64,000 bases of DNA, from positions 10,979 to 74,978 of the forward strand of contig DUTP01000006.1 in assembly GCA_012842045.1 (NCBI GenBank). The letters run 5' to 3'. The notes beneath the pieces are model-generated. The model made no database searches. It was not told the origin of the DNA and saw only the letters and a list, made by a program, of their open reading frames with translations. Position numbers and translations under genes: made by a program. Of this stretch, positions 1 through 10,165 are shown one piece after another. The number at the start of each line of letters is the position of its first letter. Position 1 is the first letter of the stretch. The DNA is from Candidatus Dojkabacteria bacterium. Lineage in GTDB: Bacteria; Patescibacteriota; Dojkabacteria; SC72.

Positions 1-332
1 TATTCAAATGGTATATTGGAGAAGACTTTGTATTTGAATTTAGGATTAGGCCATTTCAAAAAATCGGTTTCAATTATCTCAATATTTTTAGATTCTATGA
101 ACTTTTTTCTTAATTCTTCAGCAAGCGTAGAATCTAATTCTATTGCTATAATTTTATTTGCTTGTTTTGATAACTCTGCTGTAATAATGCCCTTACCTGG
201 ACCAATCTCTACTACAGTATCATCCTGTCCAATATTCGTTATGGCTATCAGAGATTTTACAAACTGTGAATCATGTAGGAAGTTTTGTGAATGCCAAAGA
301 TTTTTGTTTTCAGTTCTAGTCACTTCTGTCAT
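1..332 (-). CDS. Erm/KsgA-family rRNA adenine N6-(di)methyltransferase, Erm-like; 3' end runs off the window
   Basis: Not in the ORF track. Manual minus-strand translation from ATG 332: MTEVTRTENKNLWHSQNFLHDSQFVKSLIAITNIGQDDTVVEIGPGKGIITAELSKQANKIIAIELD...DFLKWPNPKFKYKVFSNIPFE. Shows SQNF, the SAM motif EIGPGKG and motif IV NIPF. Confidence 0.85.
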   Translation of the reverse strand, partial: MTEVTRTENKNLWHSQNFLHDSQFVKSLIAITNIGQDDTVVEIGPGKGIITAELSKQANKIIAIELDSTLAEELRKKFIESKNIEIIETDFLKWPNPKFKYKVFSNIPFE

Positions 333-344
333 AGTTTAGTGAAG

Positions 345-896
345 TTACTTCACTGAGATGTCTAAAACAAACTCTTGATCAAAAAACACTTTTTCCTCAT
401 TTTTTGTTTCTAGATAGAGGACCTTTCTTTCTCCTGGTTTAACACCAATTTCTCTAGTATATGCTTGATTATTACTATCATTTAAAACATATTTATCTTT
501 TCCAATATTTATAGCAAGATGTGTATTTCTACTATTATTAATATATCCATAGAGAAGAACACTCCTTTCTACACTTGTTTCGTTTTTTATTTCTAAGATA
601 GGTTTAGAGTAAACTTCTTTTCCCTTTCTTTTGGAAATAGTACTAGTATATTGGTACTCTCCAAAAGGTTTTTGTTCTAAAACTTCATTTTTAAAGATAT
701 TATGTATTCCTCCTACTGCTTTAATTCGTAAACCAGTATCATCACTTGTTACACCTAGGACATCTATCTGTTTATTATCTTGTGTGATAGGGGAAAGGTT
801 TATGACTGTGAGTGTAGGGATAATGAAGAGAGCTAAGAGAACGACAATAGCTAATGGTTCTAAAAGTTGTGGTAGTAGATTTTTCTTCTTTCTCAT
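345..896 (-). CDS. Hypothetical protein with an N-terminal membrane anchor and beta-rich extracytoplasmic domain
   Basis: 183-aa ORF: basic N-terminus, one hydrophobic helix, then DVLGV. Confidence 0.7.
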   Translation of the reverse strand: MRKKKNLLPQLLEPLAIVVLLALFIIPTLTVINLSPITQDNKQIDVLGVTSDDTGLRIKAVGGIHNIFKNEVLEQKPFGEYQYTSTISKRKGKEVYSKPILEIKNETSVERSVLLYGYINNSRNTHLAINIGKDKYVLNDSNNQAYTREIGVKPGERKVLYLETKNEEKVFFDQEFVLDISVK

Positions 897-902
897 ATGC
901 TA

Positions 903-1451
903 TTAGTAAAGTTTATCCTCTCTCGGGTATATTTTATCAATTTCTGACTCATATGTCTTGATTGTTCCCCAGATAGAGAAGACAGCTAGTACTCCAGCTA
1001 GAATACCAATCCATTGGTATGTCATACCTTGTATTGTTTGTGCAACAACAATCAAGCATGCAACGACTAGAAATGAACCCCAAATGAATATCTTTAAGAA
1101 TGAAGTATCATCCTTTGTAATCCATTTAAGAATATTAAAGTTGGTAATCTTAACAATAGTTTTAGGGTTCTGTAGACTAGATTGATAAACAGATGTTTTA
1201 ATAATGAAATACAGTGTTGGTATTGCAAGACATATCACCATGAAAAGATTGGAGTAGGAGTTTACCAAGAGTGTGGTTGAAGGGTTTGTATAGTAGAGTT
1301 GAATAGAGAATATACCTCTAATCTGATTGTCTATGAAAAAATCGAGGTGATAAACCACGTTAGCAATTATTATTCCGAGTAATTTCCCAGCTATCATTAA
1401 TATAGCTGGAGTAACAGAAATTTTAAGAATCCTTCTTAACAGTTTTGACAT
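903..1451 (-). CDS. Hypothetical integral membrane protein (~4 TM)
   Basis: 182-aa ORF with four hydrophobic segments; overlaps the rpsT 3' end. Confidence 0.7.
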   Translation of the reverse strand: MSKLLRRILKISVTPAILMIAGKLLGIIIANVVYHLDFFIDNQIRGIFSIQLYYTNPSTTLLVNSYSNLFMVICLAIPTLYFIIKTSVYQSSLQNPKTIVKITNFNILKWITKDDTSFLKIFIWGSFLVVACLIVVAQTIQGMTYQWIGILAGVLAVFSIWGTIKTYESEIDKIYPREDKLY

Positions 1452-1719
1452 CTACTTGGGCAAGTTTGTTTAAATTTTTTGTAAGTCTGGATTTTATTCT
1501 ATCAGCCTTACCTTTTTTTATAACATTCTTTTTAGATGCTTTATCAAGAACTTTGTAGACATGCTTTATATTCTTTTTCCCTTCTTCTAGACTTCCTTCT
1601 TGAACTAAAGTGTTTTGCTTTTTTGTTGCCTTTTTAATTCTATTTCGAAGCCTGTCATTAATCTCTGTTCTTCGTCTAGTTGCTCTTAGATCTTTTTTAG
1701 ATGCTTTTAAATTTGGCAT
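1423..1719 (-). CDS. rpsT: 30S ribosomal protein S20
   Basis: MPNLKASKKDLR...N...LDKASKKNVIKKGKADRIKSRL is the S20 signature. Confidence 0.95.
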   Translation of the reverse strand: MPNLKASKKDLRATRRRTEINDRLRNRIKKATKKQNTLVQEGSLEEGKKNIKHVYKVLDKASKKNVIKKGKADRIKSRLTKNLNKLAQVDVKTVKKDS

Positions 1720-1751
1720 TTTATTTGTAAGTATTATTTATTAATCAAGGT

Positions 1752-1780
1752 ATTATATACATTCTTCTGCTATTTGTAAA
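1752..1780 (-). promoter_or_regulatory. sigma70-type promoter for rpsT (TTTACA-N17-TATAAT)
   Basis: Minus strand reads TTTACA (1780-1775), a 17-nt spacer, then TATAAT (1757-1752). Confidence 0.6.
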
Positions 1781-1807
1781 CATTAGTTTTTGTGTTATCC
1801 TTTTATT

Positions 1808-2245
1808 ATGGAAAGGAGTAGGAAAGTAAAGATTTTAATGAGTGTATTTTTTATGTTTTTTCTCTTAGGTTTTGCAATTGTTTATTTATATCTAAATAGG
1901 AGTACAGAGGAGGTGTTGGGTGTGAAGGAGGATGTTAGAGAAGAGGTTATTGAGATAAATGGAGTGCCTAAGATTGTTTCTTTACCTCCTATGTTTGCTG
2001 TTGCAGGAGAACTTTATGAGTACTTTCCTAAGGTAATGGATAGTGATACGGATATCAACAGTCTGACATTGGAACTTGTATCTGCTCCAGAGTGGCTTAG
2101 TTTAGGGTTAAATAATGTTGTGAGTGGATATGTCCCAGTAGATGCTGTAGGTTATACCGTGAATTTTGTACTAAGAGTTTCTGATGGGTATAATTCATCT
2201 GATCAGGATAATTATATTTTGATAGTTGATGCAAATGAAATTTAA
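1808..2245 (+). CDS. Membrane-anchored protein with a putative Ig/cadherin-like domain
   Basis: TM helix, EEVLGV, then PKIVSLPP...YEY...DSD...APEWL...VSDG (He_PIG/cadherin-like pattern). ATG 1808 is preferred over the track start at 1790. Confidence 0.7.
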   Translation: MERSRKVKILMSVFFMFFLLGFAIVYLYLNRSTEEVLGVKEDVREEVIEINGVPKIVSLPPMFAVAGELYEYFPKVMDSDTDINSLTLELVSAPEWLSLGLNNVVSGYVPVDAVGYTVNFVLRVSDGYNSSDQDNYILIVDANEI

Positions 2246-2642
2246 AATTTTTGGAATGTTTTTAGGTATTGCTTTAGTTATTGTTTCTATTTCAACCTTT
2301 TTATTTTTTAAGAGTAATGTTAGAAGTTATGATTCTCTTTTTGCAAAACAAGAGGGTTGTACGCCATATAATTTGTTTGTAGAAAAGGGAGATGATGATT
2401 TTTCCGTGAGAATTAGGTGGATGACGAAAGAGAAATGTGTAGGGTTTGTTCAATACGGTTTAGATAGAGATGATTTAAATAGAATAGGATTGGATGTGGA
2501 AAACATTACAAAAGCTATCGAACATGAGGTTGTGCTCAAGAAACTTTTAGCTAAAGAAAGATATTTCTTTATTATCAATTCTGATAACAAAGGTTATGCT
2601 CGAGAGGGTGCTCCATTAGAGTTTCTTTTAGAGGATCTTTAA
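2226..2642 (+). CDS. Membrane-anchored fibronectin type III-like protein
   Basis: TM, then IRWMT...VQYG...HEVVLKKL...YFFII (FN3 / purple acid phosphatase N-terminal pattern). Confidence 0.7.
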   Translation: MMQMKFKIFGMFLGIALVIVSISTFLFFKSNVRSYDSLFAKQEGCTPYNLFVEKGDDDFSVRIRWMTKEKCVGFVQYGLDRDDLNRIGLDVENITKAIEHEVVLKKLLAKERYFFIINSDNKGYAREGAPLEFLLEDL

Positions 2643-4411
2643 TCTACTTTTTTATCACTTTTTTTAACAATAATTTCTTCAAAGTACTTCTTTGGTTTGA
2701 AAATCTTCCATACACCCATCTCAGCACCCTTATAAGCTTCTGATTCTACGAGTTTTTTGATGAAGATTTGTCCAAATGGCTTTGTATAAATATACCAGCC
2801 AAGGAATAAAATGAGTATACCTAAAGTTACTTGTACGATAACATTATCTAAAATACCTGCCTCTGGTGTTGCGGCTGCCTTATCTTTATCACTAGGTGCG
2901 CAGGACTGTACGACATTGATAGTAGAGGAAGCTCTTAAAGTATTTGGTGATACAGGAACTTGTTCTGGCTCTATTACAACTTCATTCGTATTCTCTCCAG
3001 TCAGGGCATTTTCTCCAGCAATCGCTTTAAATGTTAGAACCATTTGTTCTGAAGACTTTATATTCCATCCCCCTTGTACTTTCCATGCTAATTCTTCCGT
3101 GTCTCCTATTTTATTTGTCTGAATGTAGTTATCATCTGTTATTTCAATATCATTGATTTTTGTTGAGTTCTCTAAATAGAGGAAACCCAAAGGTAATTTG
3201 TTTTTAATAGATAGTATTTTTTGAGGAAGAGATGCATTATTCTTTATTGCAATAATGAACGACACTGTATTATTTGGTTGAACTCTGTCAATACACTCGG
3301 CTTCGCTGCTTATTGTTATGGCAAAGTTAGATTCGACATCTTCGTCTGATGGTTTATCAGGTTGTTCTGGAGGTAATTCAGTCTCTTTCTTTGTAAAAGT
3401 TACATTTGTAGATGCTTTCCCGAGGGAATTTTCTCCATCTAAAACTTCTGCACTGACTTTTAATTCTCCGAAATATGTATCAAATTGAGAGAAACTTAAA
3501 TTCTCTGTGTAGTTTTCATTATTGTAAAGTTCTTGTTCGAGTATTGATATATTCCCTTTGTCTTTATCTACCACAAAGCCTTTATTCATTGATAATTTGG
3601 AGAATGTGTCTCCTCCAAAGGAGAAAATTATACTTGTATTTTCACCCTCTTCTATGTTGGCAATTCTTATGGTAGCTTTTGATATCTTAGTTGTATCATC
3701 TTCTTCTATTCGTTTTTCTATTAAAAGACTTGTTACATCAGAAGAACCACTCTGTGCAACAGTGAGTAATCTTTTACAGAGTATAGAGTTAATCTTCTCT
3801 CCAGTTTCATCTTCTGCTATTGCTACTATGTCCAATGCTGGAGTTGTAAAATTAGAGAAGGTTTTTTCTATGGTGATTCCGTCTTCTGATACTGTATCTG
3901 GTTCAGCAGAAATATTGTTTAACAGGAATGTTGCGTTTTTATATGCTTTGTCAAATTTAGCGATAACTTTGATTTTATCGCTAGAGTCTATGTTTCCTGT
4001 CACAATTTTACCGGTTTCATCCGTTATTATCATCTCTGTACATCTTGTATCTTGTAATGACTGGATTGAACAGCTCAAGAAATCTTCTTGTTTTGTCGCA
4101 CTTTTAAGTTCTGTTATAGGAAGGGCACTTACTTGACATGCACTGATACAAGATTGGGTGCCCGACACTGTACTTGTTTTGAACATAAATCCTTTTCTAG
4201 GGTCACCACATTCGGGAACAACTGTAGGGTCTATGTAATAACAAGCACATTCTCTTTTTATTTCAGTTTTGACCTCTTGAGAAGGTTTTATTGCATAGAA
4301 ATATACAGCAGCTATTATTAATGCTAAACCTAAAACTCCAGCAATAATAAGAAGTGTTCTGATTAATTTGTTGGACTTTTTTGTTGTGGTAACTCTTTTA
4401 ACCTCTTCCAC
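2639..4411 (-). CDS. Cys-rich surface protein with a DUF11-like domain and C-terminal TPEAG-TM sorting-like signal
   Basis: N-terminal TM, Cys-rich region, VSFIIAIKN...IKNKLPLGFLY (DUF11-like), then TPEAG, a hydrophobic helix and a basic tail. Confidence 0.7.
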   Translation of the reverse strand: MEEVKRVTTTKKSNKLIRTLLIIAGVLGLALIIAAVYFYAIKPSQEVKTEIKRECACYYIDPTVVPECGDPRKGFMFKTSTVSGTQSCISACQVSALPITELKSATKQEDFLSCSIQSLQDTRCTEMIITDETGKIVTGNIDSSDKIKVIAKFDKAYKNATFLLNNISAEPDTVSEDGITIEKTFSNFTTPALDIVAIAEDETGEKINSILCKRLLTVAQSGSSDVTSLLIEKRIEEDDTTKISKATIRIANIEEGENTSIIFSFGGDTFSKLSMNKGFVVDKDKGNISILEQELYNNENYTENLSFSQFDTYFGELKVSAEVLDGENSLGKASTNVTFTKKETELPPEQPDKPSDEDVESNFAITISSEAECIDRVQPNNTVSFIIAIKNNASLPQKILSIKNKLPLGFLYLENSTKINDIEITDDNYIQTNKIGDTEELAWKVQGGWNIKSSEQMVLTFKAIAGENALTGENTNEVVIEPEQVPVSPNTLRASSTINVVQSCAPSDKDKAAATPEAGILDNVIVQVTLGILILFLGWYIYTKPFGQIFIKKLVESEAYKGAEMGVWKIFKPKKYFEEIIVKKSDKKVD

Positions 4412-4498
4412 TACTTATGTGCCTTAAGTAAAATTTATAGATATCTACTTAATAGAGTTTATGTTAAGAACACTTAGGTGTCAATCTTTTATATGGTA

Positions 4499-5434
4499 CT
4501 AGAGTATTGAGGATAGTAGGGTTAATCCCAAATTAGGGTTTATTTGTCCTTTTTTAATTTGAAAATCTAGGTTTGATAGTTTGGTATATAAAGTTTTAAG
4601 TTTCTTTTTCGAATATTTTTTTGAAGAACTAATTAAAGATGGGACAGTGAAAGGGGGAACCTTTAAAGTTTTAGCAATGTTTCCAGATTCTTCTCTCTCC
4701 TCTAGGAGATATTTAGTTAAGGTGATTAGGCGTACATTTCTTGTAATCATAGAGATTATATAGTTTGCATCTACGGATTGGGAAATTAACCTTTCTAAGA
4801 TTTCTACACTGTATTTTGTGTCTCCTGTATTAATAGCGTCTATGAGATTCCAAATATCACTTTCTAAGGTGTTGGATACAAGTGAGAGAACATCTTGCCT
4901 AGTTATCGTATTGTCTTCAATTATTAATTTCATTTTTTCAATTTCATTACTACATCTCTCAGGGTCATAATTTGTTCTTTCGGCTAAAGCTCTTACGGCA
5001 TCTTTCTCGATGGTGATACCTTCCTCTTCTAATTCGTTTTTCATCCATGTTAAGAAAGTTCTTTTGTTTAGTTCTTTACTTTCTACAACCCTCTTTTCTT
5101 TATTAAAGAACTTGTAGTACTTAGTATTTGCTTTGATTTTTTGATCTTCCCAGAAGACTATTGTGTCTGATGAGGTGTTTGTTTCCAGAAGTAAGAAAAT
5201 TTCTTCAAGAAGTTTTTCTCTTTCTTTGTTTCTATATGTTCTTTTTAGTAGTAGTATCCTACTTGATGTAAAAAGAGTAGGGGATGCGAGTGTATCTATT
5301 AATACTTGGGCTGAAGTGTTCTCTGCATCAATGACAACAACTTCTGTTGTGTCATCCTTATTCTCTTTAATCTTTTGATTTACAGATTTAAGAGAAAGAT
5401 ATGTAGAATTACCATGATAGAGTATATATCTCAT
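4499..5434 (-). CDS. holA: DNA polymerase III subunit delta
   Basis: YILYHG, SPTLF, NEIEK, IWNLIDAI and LDFQIKKG motifs; 311 aa. Confidence 0.9.
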   Translation of the reverse strand: MRYILYHGNSTYLSLKSVNQKIKENKDDTTEVVVIDAENTSAQVLIDTLASPTLFTSSRILLLKRTYRNKEREKLLEEIFLLLETNTSSDTIVFWEDQKIKANTKYYKFFNKEKRVVESKELNKRTFLTWMKNELEEEGITIEKDAVRALAERTNYDPERCSNEIEKMKLIIEDNTITRQDVLSLVSNTLESDIWNLIDAINTGDTKYSVEILERLISQSVDANYIISMITRNVRLITLTKYLLEEREESGNIAKTLKVPPFTVPSLISSSKKYSKKKLKTLYTKLSNLDFQIKKGQINPNLGLTLLSSIL

Positions 5435-5454
5435 TCTCTTACCTTAAGACTTAT

Positions 5455-6891
5455 TTAATTTCCCTCTGTTTCTGTCTTTTCTATCTCTTTGCCAAGAAGG
5501 ATTATGATTGCATCAGGATTTAGATTGTTTTTAACAAAATCAGGTTTCTCTTTGTTTTCTGTTTTAAGATATTGGGCAAAATCGTTAACACTTTCTTTGT
5601 ACTTATTATTATCAGAGTAAACATAATTACCTTCTTGATCTTTTAGTATGGATCTCGATTGTATGATATTTATATATGGATAGTGTTGTTTTATCTCCTT
5701 AACTTTTTCTGTAGTTTCTTTATAACCAATTCCAATGTCATAAACAAAGACTCTTGGATTATTTGAGTAAAGATAAGGTTTCTTCATAGCTAGTTGTATG
5801 TATTCATGTATTTTGTCATATTTTCCTAAGCCTTCTTTGGGACCAATCGCAAAGGCTCCTGATGGTACAAAGACTTTTTCTACCAGTTGTCCACCTCCTG
5901 CTAGTGGGTCTAATACAAAGGAGTATGACTTTCCATTTTCCTCATTAAACTTTTTTAGTAAGTCTAATCCTGCTTGTACGTCTGTTACTGTAAATTCTGA
6001 TATTTTAATATTGTTAACAATAGAAGAGAGCATGTCTATCAATATTTTAGGGTCATTAAGTGCATCGCTTTGAGATATTTTATTTTGTATAGCTATAATG
6101 ACCTTTTGTTGTCTTCTAGCTCTAGCATAGTCACTCCCTTCATTATTCTGCATAGAGTGTCTAGATCTTGCGTATTCTAAGGCTGTTTTTCCATCCATAA
6201 CTTGAGGTCCGGCTTGGAAACTTACTGTTTTATACTTCACACCACTTGGATATCTGTAATCAGTGAAGCTATTCTCTACATTGACATTTACACCACCTAG
6301 TGCATCTATAATTTCTTCAAATGCTTTAAAATCAACAAGAGCGTGATATTGTATTTCTAAACCTGTAACTTCTTTTACACTTCTCTTTAATCCTTCAAAA
6401 CCTCCTCCATCTTTCTGCTTTCTCTCCTCTCGTGCATATACAGAGTTGATTCTTTGAAAATGTCTTGTTTGTTTATCAACTTCTACATGGAAATCTCTTG
6501 GAATAGATATTAATTGCATATTGTTTGTTTCGTAGTTATAGGAAGCTACCATAATAGTATCCGTATTCGAGATATCATCTCCTTTTCTACTATCCACTCC
6601 AACTAAAAGCACACTTGTGTATTGCCCTTTAGAATCTTTTTCTAACTCAGGTGTTTTGTTAGAGATTAATGATGCTGCATTGAACTTAAAACCGACCTTT
6701 TCTGAAATGATATATCCCTTCCAAATGGCAAAACTAATTCCTCCTAAAAACAAAAAGAGTAAAAAGAAGATGAAGAACCTAAGAAAACCTTTTTTCTTTT
6801 TCCTAGGCTTATTTACAACAATCTCCTCTCTTGTTTTTTCAATAGGAGGTGTCTCTATATCTCCATTGTTTAAATCTATATCTAGAACCAT
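5455..6891 (-). CDS. LCP (LytR-CpsA-Psr) family glycopolymer transferase
   Basis: LLVGVD, NTDTIM, SIPRD, RIN, ALEYARSR, SDYARARRQQ; one N-terminal TM. Confidence 0.9.
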   Translation of the reverse strand: MVLDIDLNNGDIETPPIEKTREEIVVNKPRKKKKGFLRFFIFFLLFLFLGGISFAIWKGYIISEKVGFKFNAASLISNKTPELEKDSKGQYTSVLLVGVDSRKGDDISNTDTIMVASYNYETNNMQLISIPRDFHVEVDKQTRHFQRINSVYAREERKQKDGGGFEGLKRSVKEVTGLEIQYHALVDFKAFEEIIDALGGVNVNVENSFTDYRYPSGVKYKTVSFQAGPQVMDGKTALEYARSRHSMQNNEGSDYARARRQQKVIIAIQNKISQSDALNDPKILIDMLSSIVNNIKISEFTVTDVQAGLDLLKKFNEENGKSYSFVLDPLAGGGQLVEKVFVPSGAFAIGPKEGLGKYDKIHEYIQLAMKKPYLYSNNPRVFVYDIGIGYKETTEKVKEIKQHYPYINIIQSRSILKDQEGNYVYSDNNKYKESVNDFAQYLKTENKEKPDFVKNNLNPDAIIILLGKEIEKTETEGN

Positions 6892-6894
6892 ACT

Positions 6895-7917
6895 TTACTT
6901 AAGATATGTATTAATATTATTATGATGTTCTGTGAGTGTTTTTGCATATCTAGCAACACCATCTTTGCCGTGAATATAGAAATAATAGTCGGTTTCTTCA
7001 GGGTTTAGAGTTGCATCAATTGCTTGGTGTCCAGGGTTGGAGATAGGAGTTGGTGGTAAACCAATTTTCTTGTAAGAGTTGTAAGGATTATCTACTTGTA
7101 AATCTTGTTCCGTGATGACATGTTTCCAATCTTTTAGGGGATAGAGAAGTGTTGCATCTGCTTGTAGAAGCCAACCTTCCTTTATTCTTTTCTGTAGAAT
7201 TCCTGCAATAATAGGTCTGTCTTCAGAATTTCTTCCTTCTCTCTCTACAATGCTTGCCATTATGATATCTTCATATGTATATTCGTCATATTTAGCATCA
7301 ATTTTCTGTTTGAAGGTATTAACAAGTAGCTTTATAACACTCTCTGTTGTACTGTTTGGAGCAAGAGCATATTTATCAGGATAGAGAAAACCTTCTAAAT
7401 CAGTAACTTCAAAGGGAAATTCCAAGGTCTCTATGAAAGTAGTATCTGTTGTCATTGTGAGAAAACTCTCAACAGAAAAACTTGCACTCTCTGATTTCTG
7501 CAACTCTTTTGCAATTATCTCAGCTATTTCATCTTTTCTTAATCCTTCTGGAATTGTTACCCAAATATCCTGTTCTTTAGCATTTTGAAGTGTAGTGATA
7601 AGTTCCTTGATACTTAAATTTCTAGGAATAGAGTAGGTGCCAGCTTGAAGTGTTCCTTCAAGTTTGTTTAGTTTTAGATAAACTTTTGTATATGGAAGTA
7701 ATCTTTTTTGTATAAGATTCTTTTCAACTAAGTTATCTAATATTAGATTTACACTTTCTCCAGATTTAATCTGAAAAGTTACTTTCTCTGGGTTATCACT
7801 AGCGGGCTTTTCTAATGAGTTCTTGTAGTCTAGAAGAAAAATTCCTACTAAAACAAGAAATATTATAAAGAATGCTAGAAACATTTTTATTGGAGAGGTT
7901 CTATTACTTTCTCTCAT
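6895..7917 (-). CDS. mltG: Endolytic transglycosylase MltG (YceG)
   Basis: TIPEG, LEGFLYPD, ASIVERE, LQADAT, NPYNSY, GLPPTPISNPG. Confidence 0.93.
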   Translation of the reverse strand: MRESNRTSPIKMFLAFFIIFLVLVGIFLLDYKNSLEKPASDNPEKVTFQIKSGESVNLILDNLVEKNLIQKRLLPYTKVYLKLNKLEGTLQAGTYSIPRNLSIKELITTLQNAKEQDIWVTIPEGLRKDEIAEIIAKELQKSESASFSVESFLTMTTDTTFIETLEFPFEVTDLEGFLYPDKYALAPNSTTESVIKLLVNTFKQKIDAKYDEYTYEDIIMASIVEREGRNSEDRPIIAGILQKRIKEGWLLQADATLLYPLKDWKHVITEQDLQVDNPYNSYKKIGLPPTPISNPGHQAIDATLNPEETDYYFYIHGKDGVARYAKTLTEHHNNINTYLK

Positions 7918-8368
7918 GTGGTTGTCTTAATGAGTTTAAATATTCTTGTAGAAAAACAGTGGCAGAGATACTGTCTATTTTCTTTCTACTTTTTCGGATA
8001 CTTTGTCCCGAAGATGTTAGCATACTTTGAGCAAGAGTTGTAGAGAAGCTTTCATCATATGTAATGATAGGTATTGTTGTAACATCCTTTATTTTATTTA
8101 TAAACATGTTTATTTTTTCTGTTGTTTTATTATGTTTCTCTGTAAATGCTTGTGGCATTCCTATTAACAATGTTTTTACTCCATACTCCTTTGCAGTCTC
8201 TAATATTTCTTCGATTATTTTATTGATATCTCTGTTTTTTGTTATAGAAATGGTATCAAGGGGTTGTGCAATTAACCCTTTATGGTCTGATACTGCTAAT
8301 CCAAAGTGTTTCTCTCCATAATCTATTGCTAGAATAGGGTGTTTTACTTCCATAAAATTCTTACTCAA
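7904..8368 (-). CDS. ruvX: RuvX/YqgF pre-16S rRNA nuclease
   Basis: LAIDYGEKHFGLAVSD, IGMP, DESFST, IDSISA. The start may be ATG 8353. Confidence 0.92.
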   Translation of the reverse strand: MSKNFMEVKHPILAIDYGEKHFGLAVSDHKGLIAQPLDTISITKNRDINKIIEEILETAKEYGVKTLLIGMPQAFTEKHNKTTEKINMFINKIKDVTTIPIITYDESFSTTLAQSMLTSSGQSIRKSRKKIDSISATVFLQEYLNSLRQPHERK

Positions 8369-10148
8369 GTATTGCTTTAATTCTTTTAACTCCAGCTCCT
8401 ACATTCTCTTGTTTAGAGATTTTAAATTTCCCCAAATCACCTATATTCTCAACATGTGGTCCATTACATATTTCAATAGAGAAGGGGTTTTCTTTTGGTC
8501 CAATATAGTAAAGTTTTACCTTCTCTCCATATTTCTCAGTAAAAGCTGCAAAAGGTACTAATTTAAGAGCTTCTCCTTTATCTACTTCTTCAAAAGTAAC
8601 ATCTAGTTTCTTCTCTATCTGTTCATTTACAAGGTCTTCTACCTCTTTAACTTGTTCTGGAGTAAGCTTTGTTTCATTTGGGAAATCAAACCTTAATCTC
8701 TCTGGAGTAATATTGCTACCTTTTTGATATACGTGTTCTCCTAGAACTTTTCTTAGAGCTGCAAGGAGTAAGTGATTTGCTGTATGGTATTTCGTAGACA
8801 TTTCCGATGTGTCTGTTAATCCTCCTTTAAACATTCCTTTAGCTGCAGTCCTAGATTTTTCTTGGTGTTCTTTTTCTGCTTGGAAGAAAAGATCTCTTTC
8901 TTCTAGTTTGACATCTTTCTCCTCTAATATTTCTTCTGTAACTTCAAGTGGTAGTCCATATGTTTCGTAGAGTATGAAGGCATCTCTTCCATTTATCTTT
9001 TCTTTCTTGTTTGTTCTTTTCTCTAATTCCCTTAGACCTTGTTCTAATGTTCTATTAAACTTTCTTTCCTCTTCTTCGATGGTGTTTAATATATATTCTC
9101 TCTTTTCTTCTAGTTTATCCCAAATATCCTTAAACTGTGTTATGCAGATATCAGCAACTTCTCTTGTAAATTCTTGTTCAATTCCAAGTTTTCTTGCGTG
9201 TCTAACAGATCTTCTAATTAGTCTTCTTAATATGTATCCTTGTTGGCTTCTTCCCGGTAAAACACCATCCATAATTATCCATGTTGCAGCTTTTATGTGA
9301 TCAACAATAATTCTTTCTGATTTTAGATTTGCTTGTTTTCTTAATGCCTGTACTTTACTTAGTATTGGTTTGTAGATATCTATTTCATATACGCTATCAA
9401 CATTCTGGAGTAGAGCAGCTAATCTTTCTAATCCACCTCCGAAATCAACATTGTGTCTACCTAGTGGTTGTATATTATCTTCTTTTTTAAGATATTCCAT
9501 AAAGACATTGTTTCCTATTTCCACGTATTTTCCACAATTACATGATACGTTACATTTCTCAGAACATTTTTCTTTTCCTGTATCGTAAAAGATTTCAGAG
9601 TCTGGTCCGCAAGGTCCTCCTGATTCTAACCCCCACCAATTTTCCTTTTTCCCAAATGGTTGTATTCTCTCATCTTCCCCAACCTTTGCATCTATATTGT
9701 ATTTTAAGAAAATCTCTTTCCATACTTCTATTGATACTGTATCTTGTGGAGCATCTTCATCTCCTTCAAATACTGATGCATATATGTTGTTTATATCTAA
9801 ACCAAGTCTTTCGACAAAGAATTCTACTGTATAGTTGATAGCTTCTTTTTTGAAGTAGGAATTCAATGACCAGTTTCCAAGCATTATAAAAGCTGTACAG
9901 TGGTATTCATCCCCAATTTCTTCAATATCTCCTGTCCTTATACATCTTTGGATATTGGCTAGTTTATCCCCTTGGGGGTGTTCCTCTCCCTGTAAGAAAG
10001 GTATTAGTGGGAACATACCTGCATTTACAAACAGTACTGACGGGTCGTTTTCGGGTACTAGTGGAGCACTTGGAATTATGGAGTGACCTTTCTCTTTAAA
10101 GAACTCCAAGTACTCTTGATATATTTTTTTGTATGAAAACTCTGACAT
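8361..10148 (-). CDS. alaS: Alanine--tRNA ligase, short form without the C-Ala domain
   Basis: DPSVLFVNAGM, QRCIR, GPCGPDSEIF, GGLERL; editing motifs HTANH and EICNGPH; ends at GAGVKRIKA (595 aa). Confidence 0.95.
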   Translation of the reverse strand: MSEFSYKKIYQEYLEFFKEKGHSIIPSAPLVPENDPSVLFVNAGMFPLIPFLQGEEHPQGDKLANIQRCIRTGDIEEIGDEYHCTAFIMLGNWSLNSYFKKEAINYTVEFFVERLGLDINNIYASVFEGDEDAPQDTVSIEVWKEIFLKYNIDAKVGEDERIQPFGKKENWWGLESGGPCGPDSEIFYDTGKEKCSEKCNVSCNCGKYVEIGNNVFMEYLKKEDNIQPLGRHNVDFGGGLERLAALLQNVDSVYEIDIYKPILSKVQALRKQANLKSERIIVDHIKAATWIIMDGVLPGRSQQGYILRRLIRRSVRHARKLGIEQEFTREVADICITQFKDIWDKLEEKREYILNTIEEEERKFNRTLEQGLRELEKRTNKKEKINGRDAFILYETYGLPLEVTEEILEEKDVKLEERDLFFQAEKEHQEKSRTAAKGMFKGGLTDTSEMSTKYHTANHLLLAALRKVLGEHVYQKGSNITPERLRFDFPNETKLTPEQVKEVEDLVNEQIEKKLDVTFEEVDKGEALKLVPFAAFTEKYGEKVKLYYIGPKENPFSIEICNGPHVENIGDLGKFKISKQENVGAGVKRIKAILE

Positions 10149-10165
10149 ATCCAGGATTATATCAA

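Noticed and set aside
16-339. 107-aa + strand ORF in the track
   Set aside because: Antisense shadow of the Erm-like gene, which has clear family motifs on the minus strand.
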